Of a stretch of DNA of 64,000 bases, positions 36,470 to 59,106 are shown one piece after another. Location of the stretch: assembly GCA_964057225.1 (NCBI GenBank), contig OZ059896.1, forward strand, positions 13,516,001-13,580,000, written 5' to 3'. The number at the start of each line of letters is the position of its first letter. Position 1 is the first letter of the stretch. The stretch comes from Auanema rhodensis (lineage: Eukaryota; Animalia; Nematoda). Under the pieces are notes generated by a model that worked only from the letters and a program-made list of their open reading frames with translations, did no database searches and was not told where the DNA came from. The position numbers were made by a program, and so were the translations under genes.

Positions 36470-39345
36470 ATGGAAAATGAACCTTCTATATACGAAGCTA
36501 CAGTGGATGATGATTCAGTATGGATGTCAGCATCAAGTTTCACCATCTTCACAATGACAGCAGGTGATTCATAATCATTACCTGATAAGCTCAGTACTCA
36601 CTACATCGTTAACAATATATAATTCACAAAAAATATATACATATAATACATAAATGTGTATAGTTAAATAAATGCATAATTAAAAAGAAAAAAAAAGTTT
36701 TTTTTAGGCTTTGGTTTATTAGAAAGTGGTCGAGTAGCATCTAAAGATGAAGTGAATGTTATGGTAAAAAATGTAATTGATATGATTTTCGGAGGTAATT
36801 ATTTATTAATTTTGTTTTCTTTTTTTTAAAAAAATAATGCAAGTAATTAATATTATTTTTTTATATAAAATTATTCATTTGAATTCAAAATATTTTTATT
36901 TTTTTCATTTTTGTATGAATTTTCATTTAGATTATTAGCTTGCAATAATCATAATATTACAAAAGTTTATAATTTTTTTGTCTGTTTCTTCAAAAACAAA
37001 TTTTGAGATTAGTTACACCCCCTTAAGATGAATTTTTGCAATTTTAAATGTAAAATAATTCAAATGATTTATCAAAACATATTATAACATTTAATGGAGG
37101 TAGAAAATTTTGGTTATAATCCGATTTTCTTACAATTATTAAGAAAATCTTAGAAAACTTTTAATCAAGAATATGTATATGAATAATATCAACAAATAAT
37201 ATTAAGAAATGTATAGATTATTTAAAGTCCCAATTCAAATTATTATTTTTGGATATTCTTGTTTCATTTTTATAATTGCCATCTATTTTTCTAAACATAG
37301 ATATATGTATGTATATCGTTCCTTACATGTATATAGAAGGAATATTTGTTACTATGTACAGGCTTGGCTTATTGGATGTTTGGCTTCGGATTTACATTCG
37401 GATCAGCTGAAGCTTGTCCATATTTAGGAATTGGAGATTATTTCTTTGATCCCGAAAGGAACTCACAATCTACTATCCCACCAGTAATTATCTTGTTTCA
37501 ATATTAAAAAATAATTATTTAATACATAAATATTTATAGAAAGGTCGATCATATGCATTATTTTTATTCCAAATGAGCTTTGCTACTACAACAGCTACCA
37601 TTGTATCAGGTTAGAAAATACTTTCGTGCAATTAAAACAAATTATTTTTGGATTTTGTTTGCAGAAAAATGACAATTTTTCTTTTTCTAATTTTAGCTGG
37701 AATGTCTGAACGTGTTCACCTCAAATCACATTGCTTCGTCAGCTTTTTTGTCACTTTAATACATTCCGTGGCTGGACATTGGATTTGGGCTGATGACGGA
37801 GTTTTCCGAACTATGGGTGTAGTTGATTCAGCAGGTTGTAGTGCTGTAAGTTTTAAAAAATTTTAAAATTAATAAAAACTTGATATATTTAGGTCCATTT
37901 AGTAGGTGGGGTTGCTGGTATGATAGGAACCTTGTACTTGGGTCCAAGACAAAATCGATTCAAACAACCAAAACAGATCAGTGACCCGACAAAATCCATA
38001 TTAGGTATAGTTTGTTTGAAAATAATATGTTTTTGTTGGATGGAATTCTGAATCAAAGTTCAGGTTTAACAATGATTTGGTGGGGATGGTTAGCATTCAA
38101 TACGTCATCCAATTACTCAGTTTCAAATAAACAATGGACTGAAGGAATAAGGTAATTGAAAGATAATAACATTGTAAGTTTCAAATGAATATATAGATCA
38201 GCTGTTGGAACAGTTTTGGCGTCAGCTGGAGGTGGATTTGTGGCTCTAATCATCACCAGAGTATATTCATAAGTTGAATTAACGAAACTAATCATCTTTT
38301 TCTTAGGTTTCTATGAAGAAAATTCAAATAGATATGCTCATCGATGGATTATTGGCTGCTCTCGTATCAAGCACAGGTACTTTTGTTTATGTTATGCCTT
38401 GAAGGGAAATGAATAAATTCATCGTACTTCAGCTGGTTGCCTCTTCTATTCGCCATGGCAAGCAACTGTAGTTGGATCAGTAGGAGCTGCATTAGCTTTA
38501 TTTACGTATCCAGTATTAGAATATCTTCACGTTAGTTCATAATATTAAAGATATTCATTCACATTTCATGAATATGTATTATATTATCTTTCTTTTTTCC
38601 TTAAAAAAAAGATAAAATTACCATTTTGAATGAATAGAATAACACGATATGATTCCAATGAATTCATAAAAAATCATTTTGCCCTCGAATATTATTGAAA
38701 AACTTTTGATTCCTTCGCATAACCTTCTCAATGTATTATCAACCCCTAAATTCAATTTATAAAAACTAAGAAGAAGCGACATAGAAGACGACGATAAACA
38801 TAAACTTGTTTTCATTCAGGTTGATGACCCTGTTGGCGTGATTCCAGTGCATGTGGTCGGCTCCATTTGGGGTATGATAGCTCCAGCGTTATTCTTAAAT
38901 CAAGATTTTGGACTAGATTCACATACAGTGAGTTCATTCGTTCGTTTGTTGTCAAGGCGTTAAACAGGAAATTTTGAAATATTCGAATAAAAGAAAAGAA
39001 TTTTAGATATATATATACACATTCATGGATGTATGTAAGCCCTCTAAAAGTGCAGATGTATGAATGAAGTCTGAGAAAGTTTGAAAAAAAATGAATTAAG
39101 ATAGAACTTTATGAGGAATAAATGAATTGTTAGGAACAACGGAAGAGAAAATCATATGAGATTATGACAAAGGCAGATTGAAGTTAGGACGAAAGAGTAG
39201 ATTAAACCTTCAAATGAACTAAGAGTATTGGCTAATTGACTTCACTTGAAATCTTTTCGTTTTGTTTAAAATACCCTATTCAAAGATATGATTGAAAAAT
39301 TTTTTACTGAAGAGAAACATATAGAGACAGAGAGAATAAGAGAGA

Positions 39346-39378
<33 letters not shown>

Positions 39379-41383
39379 GGAGGGTTAGGTTGATAGTAGG
39401 ATAAGCATGGGCTTTCGGATAATGAGCCGCTATATAGCAATATGAAAAAAAATTCTTTTTAGATTCAACTAAAGCCATGAATTATTTATGCGCCTTTTTC
39501 GTCATTAGGCTGATATATTCTAAATAGGAAATGGCTTAAAACAAAAAAGTTAAAAATAAGCCTTAAATAGAATAATGTTGAGCATTTATCAAGTTTGGAC
39601 ATTTAACTGAACGTTGGGTCTAAATGAGAAGCTCATCAAAACTTTAAATTGATGAAACACGACTTCCGCAAGGCCCCTTCTGACTTTCAGCTCATCTATC
39701 CGTCTGCTGAGAGCATAAAAAACTGGATTGAATTCTAGCTAATAGTCCCACTAACAACAAATAATCAAATAGTCTGAGCATTTTGTGCTATATTACTGAT
39801 GAATTCATGAAACTTATCTTCTTAGTTAGTTTAATTCATTTTCTTTTAATAATTCAATCCCTTCACCTCTTTATTTTATACATATTTGCCTCGTGCGTCT
39901 TTTCTTTTCTGTTTCTCTCTAACTCTTTTACTCACTCTCTCTCTCTCTCTTTAAATTTCTCTCTGCAGTCCCTCTATTCGACTATCTCTTCATCTCTGTC
40001 TCTCTTCAATATACTACACTACCCACTTCTGTTTCCGCTTCGAATCTCCCACACGGACCCGACAAACTCTCTGTTTCTGTCATTTCACTTAGGCTTCTAG
40101 ATGTTTTCAGCCGTAATGTTTTGCCTATATACAAACTTAGTAGTATGTTATGCAGATTCTCTCCATTTTTCTCTCTCCTTCTCTCATACACACATTTGTA
40201 ATTTCACGTCTTCGTCCTTTCTACCTCTTTATATTCGTCTGCTCTCTTTGGCTCTCTGTCTTATCTTCTACTCTCTCGTCGATGTTCTTTTTCTTTGTTT
40301 CTCTTTTTCTATATCTCATCTCTTTTTTTTTTTTTACTTTTTTTTTCATTTTTCCTTTCAGATCACCCTCCTTTGCACTACATAATTTTTGTTTCTCAAC
40401 CTAAAAAGAAGTACCTTCGGTATTAAAATTTCATATTTTCACAATGTAAGTCATGAATAAGAAGTGAGACAAAGCAGGGTTCATCCCAACGAAAAATTAA
40501 AAGAAAACATTTATATTTTCTCCAAGAAAATACCTCCAGGAAGATAAATATGGGCTGACTTTTGTCTATTTATATGCATACATACTTACAAACTGAAATA
40601 ATAAGTTAATGAATTCTATGAGCATAACACTTACCCAAAAGTTTGAAATCAAACGTATAAAGTTTGTTAATATATTACAGGTTACGAATATGGATAATCT
40701 TTCGGGATTATTCTATGGAGGAGGAATCAAACTTTTGGCTCGACAATCTTTAGCCATGAGTTGTATAGCAGTTTTTTCAGCTTTCTCAGCATTTATAATT
40801 TTATTCGTGAGTTCTACTCTTTCTCTTTCTCCTCTTTCTCTCAATCTTTCATTTGTTAAATATATCTTTTCCATTTTTTGTCTGCTATCTTCCTTCATCT
40901 TGCCAGACAAATTAGCAAACATACTACACTGCTGATCTTCTTAATGAAAAGAAGAGAAAGATTCAATTTTTTTTGTTGTAGGTTCTCCAACATTCACCAA
41001 TTGGCCTGAGACTAACTCATTATGAGGAAGAGATGGGAGCCGATTTACGTGAACATGGATTAGCTGGAGTGAACATCAAGCAATACACGGAAGATAAGAA
41101 GCTATCCGCACAGTGCGTTGTGATCATTTTGTTTTTTGTTCCAATTTTTCATATTACTTCAAGAGCACTCAGTGCCGTGCTTATCATGGTCGTAAGATGG
41201 AAGAGCAAAGCCAAAGCAGGAGCTGAAAGAAGAAGAAGACTTCAGCAGCTCACAAACAACAACACAATACATCCAGCAGAACAATCCACAGCCACAGCTT
41301 TTCCGATTTCAGACGGAATGCTAATAGTTCGACGAAAGCACAGCCAAGGGCATATTACCCTTAAGAACACGGAAGAGCAGTGA
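36470..41383 (+). CDS. amt-2: Ammonium transporter (Amt family), about 14 exons
   Basis: WMSASSFTIFTMTAGFGLLESGRV, FQMSFATTTATIVSAGMSER, HWIW, VVDSAGCSAVHLVGG, WWGWLAFN, DDPVGVIPVHVVGSIWG and EEEMGADLREHG. Both pore histidines are present. The C-terminal VRWKSKAKAGAERRRR resembles recalled C. elegans AMT-2. Confidence 0.93.
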
Positions 41384-42224
41384 AGAAAGAATATTACGGA
41401 TTCAACATATCTATTTTAAGTTTTTCTTAATACTTTGACGGGTTTTCTCAGAATTAAAACAGAATAAAGATATAAATTACTTTTTATTCATATCTTTACC
41501 ACACACTTGAATCATAGAACATGGTCATCAATGAAAATTAATAAATACCGTAACAATATCAATGTTCGTTAGAAAATGAAACTTGTGCGGCATATAAAAG
41601 ATCAGCATTCTATACAAGAAAGTCATGAAAAAAAATATTGGTGGAGATATTAGTCAAATAGCTCTCACGGACATTTGAAGAAGATATTTCAGATGTTCCC
41701 TTTGAGGGAGTCTAAACAGAATAGTGCCTATCCTACACACTAAATAGACAGAAATAAAATAATAGAAGACATCTGATGATGACATAAAATACAAAAAGGA
41801 CAATATTAGTATAGTCCATAATTATTGCATCCAAGATTCAAGCGTTTTCTATGCAAGAAAATCAACCTGCGCCTTGCTTTTCTAACAATTATTTACAAAG
41901 TAATACAAAAAAGTTAGAGGAATATACGATAACACGAATATGTTATCATTGGCCTATTATTAATTGGATACGGTAATACCAGACCCTCATAAAAATCGAG
42001 ACTACCATAGAGAAAGCACGAATATGGAGAATCAAAATAGAAAGTCAGTGAAATAATCAATATGGATCTTATAAATTATGCTGATATTACAGAAAGGATG
42101 TTACAACCAGTGTTACAGGAATTTCAGTCTGTCTCAAACTTACATCAAGAGATTAAAAAGGATTGAAAAATCTGAGCAGTTTTGTTCATAAAAAGGCGTT
42201 GTATTAATTTTTGCTCGTCGAAAA

Positions 42225-50369
<8,145 letters not shown>

Positions 50370-52371
50370 ATCAGAGCTAGGCAACAATTTTTTACTTTAA
50401 AATATTAGTCGTATCCAGTTGGCCGTTTTGGGGACCTGCAAAAAATTAAAAATAATTGTTAAAGTTAAAACAAACAAAGTAGAAAAAGAATAATCTAAAG
50501 TTCGAAACACGGTCGCACTGGATATTTGTAATTCGCGCCAAATACTAAGACGAAGAGTTGGCAAATTTACGGTGTAAAAACAGTACGAAGTTTAGAGAAG
50601 AAAAGAGCTCAATCTATGAATTAAGATAGTACATTATATCATATTTCATAAAATATAAATATCAAACAACACGTACGTGGGTTAGTAGGGAACAAAGTAG
50701 CGAGTCACCTACAGTTCTGCCATCTACGTGCAAGTGAAGAATAGCAGTGTCGATGTAAATATCAAGTCAATTTGAATAATTAAATTAATATGTATGATTG
50801 GTTAGTATAAAATGACTGTTTCTGAGAAGAAAATATAAAAAGATTCTATAAAATTAGTTTTTGTTGTAAGTGTGAATATATATGAAGATTAGCTTTCATG
50901 AAAATTCAACCGCTCAGCAGATATGATCATGTAAAATGGGAATGCAACAACGTGTTTAACTAATTAACATACAGTCATGGCGGGAATTCAAATATATATA
51001 TGAGCAAGAAAGTGAAACATTTTATAAAATTATCCAACTTTGTAACTAAAATAAGGAGCGATGAACATGAGAAATACAAGGCTGAAATAACAACTTCTGA
51101 TCATTATCTTGTTTAAATTGTGACCTTGAATGGCCTGTCACTGTTTTCAAAATCTTAGTGCTCGACATGACTATGCCAAACTTTTATTTTTTTCAGAATA
51201 TTGCACATAATTCTTAGAATTTCACCTTGTTCACACTGGAAGCATTGTGATAAAAGTACGATAATATAAGAAATCAAGAAACTGTTATTTTCCCACGATT
51301 TGTATAAATTACCTTTGTATGCTCTAACATTTCTAATAATAAGTTATAATATCAACAATTGAATTATTGATTCAAATTCTATTTCATATTCAATTATAAC
51401 TTCTTAATAATAGGTCAGGTATAGTACTAATATGTTCAATAAAGCAATTTTTTTGTTTTTACTATCTCATACATACATATGCCTTTTCTTTGTTATCTAG
51501 ATATTCATATGGTGAACACTTGCACCTGCTAAAATTAATGCCACGCCTGTTGTCTCTATTAAATTTTTATAAAACTTGTAGCATTTTAGAATATGAATAG
51601 ATATAGATTTCGAAAAAAAATATTGAAGTGTTCTTCTCGGAGATGATATTCAGTTTGAACCAGAGCTTAGGATGAATCAGCTGCTTTTTCATAATCAAAT
51701 ATTCTATTTCAGGAAGTTGGACGACACATCAACTGATATGCTTTGTGTTTTTTCTCGGACAAAATAAACAAAGAGCAAACGATGAAATAGAACATCATCA
51801 AAGCAGCATTAGGATATATAATAGAAATAGGAAGAGGGAAATACATGTACTAAGCAGAGATAGAAAGAGAGAGAGAGGGATAGTTCATTGGACAAAATGA
51901 TAAAAGAAAGTGGAGAAAATACTAGAAATACAAAAAAAGGTTAGAAGCACAAGAGACATAAAGCGAAATAGTTTGATTAAACGATTTGTAATATGAAATG
52001 AGACATGTACGGAATGACAAGAACTAATATGTATACAAATGACTGCTTTTCTATGTCTTAGATACTGAAACCATTGAGATACTATTGGAAAAAGTAAATA
52101 GAATGACTAGACAAAGGAACAACGGATTGTTGCGAAACAGATAGCAGATGAATAGAATAGTCATGAGAATTTCGGTTTTTTAGGAGAAAAATTGGAATGA
52201 TCAAGCTAAACAGCTGATGAAAATGGATTAATCAGTTAGTTTAATGGGTAATTCAGAAGATTTATTCAAGAAGACGAAAGAGAAAAGGAAATGAAATGAC
52301 GACGGGGGCATAAGATGCTGATGATGATGAAGAAGAAGGATGCAAACTAATGGTGATAAGGCGAATCAAAT

Positions 52372-52677
52372 CTATACATGTGAGATGGATGAATTAGGAT
52401 AGGTAAGCTTTCCCAAGCTCGAAGGAAGGGAAAGTCCGGTTTGATGAATTTTGAGAAAATCGTCATCATTCACAGATTTCCCTTTCTTTTGAACATCGTG
52501 CTTGAATTGATTTTCTTTATCTTCATATAGTAGCAAAATAATAAAAGTATATAAAGCGAATAATTTCAACAAAAAAATGAATAGAAATGATAATAGCACG
52601 CGTGGGGATGGGTGTAGCCACTTTGAACCTGGCTGTTGATCTTCAGTTCTACTCTGGAGGTCACCCCACCCAATTCC
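52372..52677 (-). CDS. Orphan 102-codon open frame (possible terminal exon or exons of an unidentified gene)
   Basis: GIGWGDLQSRTEDQQPGSKWLHPSPR, then a hydrophobic 26-mer, then DKENQFKHDVQKKGKSVNDDDFLKIHQTGLSLPSSLGKLTYPNSSISHV*. There is a TAAG acceptor at 52678-52677. No family recognised. Confidence 0.3.
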   Translation of the reverse strand, partial: GIGWGDLQSRTEDQQPGSKWLHPSPRVLLSFLFIFLLKLFALYTFIILLLYEDKENQFKHDVQKKGKSVNDDDFLKIHQTGLSLPSSLGKLTYPNSSISHV

Positions 52678-54704
52678 TTATAAGAACCTTTCCATTTCAG
52701 CAGTTATTAGAAATTTTGAAAAATAACAGTTAAAATGAAGGAACAATTGACGAAGAATCATGTGTTAATGATTTGAATGCAAATGTTTCGTCTCATTGCT
52801 TTATATGAACAAACTTGATTCAGAAAAGTTTTCTAAAGTAGAAAAAGTTTTTTGAAGCTGCCGTTAAAGCGAATATAAGAGAAATGCGATGTTTCTTTAA
52901 TGAAATCTTAGACTTTCCAAATGATCCAAAAGATCGTTTGGAATACTAATTTGTTTTCGAAATCTCAGACATCTAACTAGCTATCTAGCTGTATCTTAAA
53001 CTATGAATATAGTTTTTTGTCTTTATAATTGGCCATTTAAGCTTTTCCTTTGTCTCCCTTCTCACTCGCATTCTGCTTCTGTTTTCTCAACTAATATTCT
53101 TCCTTCTACTTCATCGTCTTCGCGTTCTTATCCTTAGTCTTTCTTTTCGTTTCTCTCAAATCTTTTTCTCTTATAGACCCAGGTTCTACCTCTATTCTTT
53201 CCTCAACTACTTTAATATCCAGTTGTCGTCCTATATTAGTTCATAAAGACAAGGATATTAAGATTTTGAAGTTGACATCCAAAAAAGAAATTGAAGATAA
53301 TTCAGAATATTTCCAAACTACTAACTTTAATAATTATTTAAAAATATTATTATTATATAGTTATGTATACAGCTTAGAAAAATCAAAAAAAAAAAGAAAA
53401 CAGTCGATATTCAGACCAAAAAAACTGAAAAGACGGATACGATACTTAGCAAAACAGAGGCAGAGGGAACAAGAGGAAGTTGTGAGACACAAGTTATTTC
53501 AACAATCAAGTGAATTTGAATCCCTCCAATCAAAAATTGGTGAATTTTAACAAAATAACTCGAACAAACTGAAAACAGAAAATGGAATTATAAACTTCTT
53601 CTTATCTTTTTCTTCTTTTAAAACATATACATATATGATGGCTCTATATGTATGTAAATAGCGTGCAAAAGGACATGGTACTTATTGAATTATAAGAAAA
53701 GAAGAAATTTCCTTTTTAAAAGAAACAAAATATATTAAATTTCAGATTACATCAAATAGAAATAGTAGAATAAAAGCTTCATGGAGTTTTTTTTTTAAAT
53801 TAAAAAAATAAAATTTAGAATATGCAGAACATTGGTGGAGTGAGAGTGTGATGACAGTGGCGTATGGAAATAATACAAAAACAATAAACGATTTATGATA
53901 TTTGAGTCAGCAAATGTTTAGGATTTGATTAACAAATATTATGAAAAAAAACTGACAAGCGGCAAAAAAAGTTGAAAATTTAGGAAAAAAACATTTAAAA
54001 AATAGCAGTAGCAAGGTGAAGGACGGAAAATAAATCAGCGATATCAGATGAACTTTTGGTTAAAAAAAATGAATAAAACAAGAACATATCACGTAAACAT
54101 CAAGATCATTTAATAAATAGCTTCAAAATATTTAGAAATAAAATAAGAAAAACAGAAAGTAGTCAAAAGATGAAGTATATTGAAAAGTGAATAGGAAAAG
54201 GATGAGGAAGAACTTGAAGAAGAGGAAGAAAAAAAGAAGAGGAGGAGGAGGATGATGATGATGGGAAAGTTAGTTATTCATGTCGATGTTATAAAATTGT
54301 TCAATGTAATGCTATTATATAATAATTAAGAATCAGAGTTTAATAGTTTTGATATAAAAAGTAATATAAGGAAAAATAGCTGCTAAAAGCATATATTAGG
54401 TCTTTAAATGATCTGATAATATCACATTATGCTACTTTCCCTATTTCGATTGACGCCACCCTGGTTGTTAAAAAGAAGAAGAAGAAGACGAACAGAATCA
54501 TAAGATTTTCTTCAGATATTTGATAAAAAAAGAAAAATGAAGAACATATTTTGTGGGTAAGAAAGAAATATTTCTGTGAAAACAAGGAACTTTTACAGGA
54601 TTAAACTTCAGGCAAAAATTAATATAAATCGTATCGCAAAGATCATTGCTAACCCAAATAGTAGTTTTGTAGCTTGACATGAGTACTAGAGAATAGATAA
54701 AAAC

Positions 54705-54938
54705 CTGTTCTTTTTTTGGTAATGACGTTTTGTCTCTAGTTGAAGATGAAGAAGAACATGGTGACGTTGACGAGGTGAAAAAGGAGGAGGACGGAGGTGG
54801 AGATGTTGAAGAAGGACAAGGAAGAAAGAGTTTTCTGCAATCATCTTGGAAACATAAATGATCTTTCAACAAAGTTTCAGAAATGTCGTTGTGATCGTCA
54901 TTATTATATAGTTGACGACGTCGTGAGACCCTCGAAAC
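54705..54938 (-). CDS. Orphan internal exon candidate, Ser/Pro-rich
   Basis: TTTTTAG acceptor, CAG|GT donor and 78 stop-free codons in phase 0-0: VSRVSRRRQLYNNDDHNDISETLLKDHLCFQDDCRKLFLPCPSSTSPPPSSS...KKEQ. Confidence 0.35.
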
Positions 54939-57900
54939 CTAAAAAATTTAGTTTATAACATATATATGTATGATCAATTTTCCATATATCATTTGCATAT
55001 GTCACGAGGAATATTATCCATTTTGATAATTTCTTTCTACAATTATTTTGTTTTTTTTTTTCTTAAAAAACATGAAATCAAACATCATGTCGTACTCTAT
55101 TGCCCGAAAAAAATTTTTTTAGGATAACAAGGTAGAGAAGAGTGATGAATACTGTGGGGAACCCCTCTTACTATTTTCCACCCAGTTGCTGATCTAGATA
55201 ACGACTATTAAAGGTAAATAGCTTTTTTTTAGAAAATAAAAAGATATTTCTGTAGTGAATCTTTGTTGATGAGAACGAAGTTTAATTGATCATAAAAGGA
55301 AATAACATGAGATACCCGACAGATAATGTTGAAGGAAGAAACATAAAGAATAGAGCACTAAAGTTCTATATTTCAATAATTTGGGTGAGAAAAAAATAAA
55401 AATGAAATAATAAACAAGAGATAAATAGCTGAATAATTCATTTTCCGTCATTAATAAAGCTTTGCAAATCAATTCATACTAACAAATACTAAAGTTAGTT
55501 TTGGTTTTTTCTACAATGATTGAAAGAGAAGAGAGGAAGCCTTTCGCATTCCAGATGAAAGAAACAGAACAAACCATTATTTGCAAATGTGTAAGAGACA
55601 GATGGAATATCTGAGTCTACTAGAGAATAAAAACTGACAATTGGGTAAGAGAAAAGGAAAAAAAGAAAAAGATACGAATAGACATAAAGAGAGAGATTGA
55701 TAGAGAGAGAGTGATTTTCTGGCTTTTGGATTAGCTGCCAAATCAAGTATTGCGACAGGTTGAAATGGTGTAGAAAGGTTAAATTGATACATATGTACAA
55801 ACAAATAGAATTTATCCAATTTTTCTTAGAAATTGATGCAACTGCTCATTCAAAACATATAGAGATAGAGTGAAATTTTTATTTTTTCTCTTTACTCTTC
55901 TCAACAAGAAATTTTAGAGAAAATCGAGTTACGAGAGAAACCGTCGAACGAAAAAAATTGCTTTTTGGATAAGAAGACGAAGAAGATGAAAATCAAAATT
56001 TTATGATTAATAACAGAAAAACGTAGATACACATATACTAACAGATAGTAGTCAGGATGAAAAAACTCATGAATGAGGAGAATTCATCAATCTCTCTTGT
56101 CCTAGACTCTCTTTCGGTCTTTCTTTGGTCTTCACTGTATCTCTCTCTAAGTTATATCCCTTTTATCTGTTCTCTTTTTCTCCATTTTCTCTTTCTCTAG
56201 CTCTCTGTTTTCTTTTTCTCTTACAATCTTCTTGTTCCGTCTCTTCTTCTTCATATCTCGATACGCATTTGCTGCTTCTACCCCCCATCCTCAATTTCTC
56301 TTTCCCTATCTAACTCATATCTCGTTCTCTTTCTCTCTATCTAGTCATTTAAATGCACTAGCTCCCTTGAGGCATCAAAGTTCCTAACAGCTCCAACATC
56401 TAACGCCTAATGTGATTTGATGATTCGATTCACATGAACTCCTTTCTGGGGGGAAGAATGTCTCTCGACAACGGCATTGCTAAAGCTTCAAGCATATAAC
56501 TTTGACATAAATGCCAAATTTTGTCTTTTTGAAACTTCACCTAGTGAGATCAATTTTTATCCAAAACATAGCTTTTCAACTAATAGGGACTCACAAATGA
56601 AAAGCAAATCAATTTCCTAATAAAAAGTTCTAAATGCTTCTTCTCAGAATTCTATATGTTGAAAATTGAATTGATATGAATTTTTAAAAACAAAACGCCT
56701 TGATTGAAAACATAGAAATTGAGCGGCACAAATGAGTGAGTTAGATGTAAACGCGACAGTTCTATAAAGTGCTGAAGCTGAACAATTACAAACGACGAGT
56801 TGATATGAAAAGCATGAGCATTGCCGAGCTTGGGGAGACAGAGTTGAAGAAAAAAATATATATATATATCTCATAGTGTTGAAAGACGAGTGAACAATTC
56901 ACAGAAATAATTGTCAAGCGCATGGTTTATGGACAAGCTAAGACGACAGTCTGGCGATTTCGCGTTTTGCTCCAAACGCTGAACAAGAAGAGAATGATGA
57001 ACGAAGAGGCAAAAGAAAGCTTTTATTGAAAGTAAACAAAGAAGAGCGTTAAAGAACAAGATATAATACAGATGGACAGAAGACGAAGAAGAAGAATAAT
57101 ACGAAACGGACTTAGTATACATAAGAGAAGAGGACTTGGTTTACGAGCAAAATGACCAGAAGGTTGGAAAGACGAACCACAAGAGCATGACTGAATTCAA
57201 ATATCATCATGACGATGTGTATGGGTAGTGTGAATGGTGTTTTACGATATGAAAAAGCATGAATGCATATAAAAAATTTATTTTTTAAAGAAATAATCAG
57301 AAAATCTTAGCTGAAGACGAGAATACAGAGAGGCAGAATCTGATAGAAGGGCAGCAGCGAGAGAGAAGAAGAGTAGGCGAAAACGCAATGCAAAATAACG
57401 AGAAGAAGTTAAGTCAGAGACTATAATGAAGCCACAAAATTAGTTTCTAAAGCTAAAATGTTCTGAGAAATCAAATGAATTAGATTCAGATCATGAGAAA
57501 ATGAGGAAATATTAGGAAATTAATGAACATATTTCGTAAAGAAGCGATGAAAAATAATGATTGAGATAAGTTGTGAACGTAAATTCAAAGTAAAATTACC
57601 AGATAACGATAAAGAAGATGCATATTTTGTTGTTAAAGCAAGAGAAGAACATGACTTTCCGAAAATAAAGGAAAAACAACAGCGTGAAATCTCATAAAGA
57701 GCTTTGATCTAAACGAGACTAATAGTCTTAGTTTGAGTAAATCAATAAATGAATGTGAAATTAAAGAATAATATACATATATCTAGTATATATGTATGGG
57801 TATGTGTACGTATATATGTATATATAACTAACTATACGTATAAGTAAAAAAAGAAATAGAAAAAAAAAGAAAAACAAATGAATCTTCATCCAGTTGACGA

Positions 57901-59054
57901 TTTATATGTACGTACGTCGAAAAAAAAAAGAAAGAAGTTTTTTCTTCCTCATTTTCCTTCTTCCTCTCCTACTATTCTTACTTTTACTCTGCTATTCATA
58001 CTTTATATAGAGAGCAAATGGTCAATAAGATCATGAAATATTTTAAAAAAATATATGAAGATAAACTATGAAATACAAAATATTTATAGGAAATACAGTA
58101 AATTATTGTTTATTATATGAATTATGATTTAGTTGAATACGATCAAAAATTAACTGTTCATTTCTTGTTCAACATATATTATACATTTTTTATCGTTATT
58201 TACACAATTTTATGGCAAAAAAACCTGAAAATGAAGGAAAAAATTGGTGTGACAGGAAGAATTGAATGTACTAGTTCATGGAAATACGGAAGAATTTCTA
58301 AGTAACACCCAAAACAAACTGGTTAGTAAGTTCTAATAATCAGAGAATAATATGATATGTTTCAAAAAGATCATGAAGTCCAATTAAAGAAAAGAATGAA
58401 ATTGGAAGTTGCTTGTGATCATGAGGATGTAGATGACAACTCTGTCAAGTGATAGGCGTATAAAGATCATATAGTAATGAACTGAAATCCATATAATCCT
58501 CAGATAGTATTGAATACATCGATCATATGAACCAGTGTTCCAAACAGTAGATAAGTGCGGTTAGTTGAGAACAGTATAGCTAAAAAGGATGGAAAAGGGA
58601 AAAGATATGGAGGGAAGGGAACTGTTCGATAGAGACTCAGGCAAAGGTAGATGATGAAGATGAGATACACATACATGCATGTCTAAAGAGAAAAATAGAG
58701 AAAAATGTAGAGAACTATGGAAAGATAGTTAGATACAAAGAGAGAAAGAAAGAAAAAGAGGGTTAAGTTAATTGTGGAGGAATATCGACAGATAGTAGTG
58801 CTATTAGGAACTGTATAGATTGGTCAATGGGAAAGGTGGGGCAATCTAATGACAGGGGAGAACGATACAGAGAAAAAGAAAAGAGATATAGAGTGAATGA
58901 GTGAATGAGTGAGATAGAGATAGGGATGGAGAGAAAGAGGGAGAGGGGAAAGAAAGAGAAAGACTAGATCATGCAAATGAAAGTATTTCTGTTTCTCTCT
59001 TACATCCTATATTAAAACTATAATATCTCTCATTTAGTATTATATGTCCGATGT

Positions 59055-59058
<4 letters not shown>

Positions 59059-59098
<40 letters not shown>
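59059..59098. repeat. (TA)n microsatellite
   Basis: About 20 perfect TA units. Confidence 0.9.

Positions 59099-59106
<8 letters not shown>

Noticed and set aside
52984-52996. TATCTAGCTGTAT resembles part of miR-9
   Set aside because: The seed and the complementary arm are absent, so there is no precursor hairpin.
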